NCBI GenBank assembly: GCA_030704615.1
Contig: CM060731.1
Coordinates: 32,054,001 to 32,118,000 of the forward strand
Reading direction: 5' to 3'
Source of the DNA: Takakia lepidozioides
Lineage: Eukaryota; Plantae; Bryophyta
DNA length: 64,000 bases
Part shown: one piece after another, positions 63,991 through 64,000 of the stretch
Position numbering within the stretch: the stretch's first letter is position 1
Layout: the number at the start of each line of letters is the position of its first letter
Made by a program: the position numbers and the translations under genes
Notes under the pieces: generated by a model
What the model was told of the DNA's origin: nothing
Seen by the model: the letters and a program-made list of their open reading frames with translations, nothing else
Databases searched by the model: none

Positions 63991-64000
63991 TTCTTCTTTG

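Noticed and set aside
1-64000. CRISPR arrays, rRNA or prokaryotic systems
   Set aside because: No repeat-spacer arrays or operon-like structure; content is spliced plant genes and TEs.

Overview
This is eukaryotic nuclear DNA from a land plant. Gene style, PLS-class PPR and TE families suggest a non-seed plant such as a bryophyte, but that is inference. The left ~36 kb holds spliced housekeeping genes: WDR6/TRM734 (partial, -), CDC20 (-), CTU1 (+, with an AT-AC U12 intron), an LRR pseudogene, a head-to-head TIM9(-)/TFIIB(+) pair and a COBRA-like gene (-). The right part is accessory: two hAT MITEs with TSDs, tRNA-derived SINE-like heads, two decayed Ty1/copia elements, a pogo-like DDE transposase relic, NAF1-like and RPS2 gene fragments, and a scrambled PPR pseudogene. 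The most notable find is largely invisible in the ORF track. It is an intact 7-exon, ~287-aa double-AP2 gene (40786-43063) that keeps the intron positions and phases of the ANT/WRI lineage while its AP2 signature motifs are almost entirely rewritten. A diverged tandem paralog (45252-46135) follows it and ends at a junction with a copia element. All calls come from manual reading and translation; no database searches were run.
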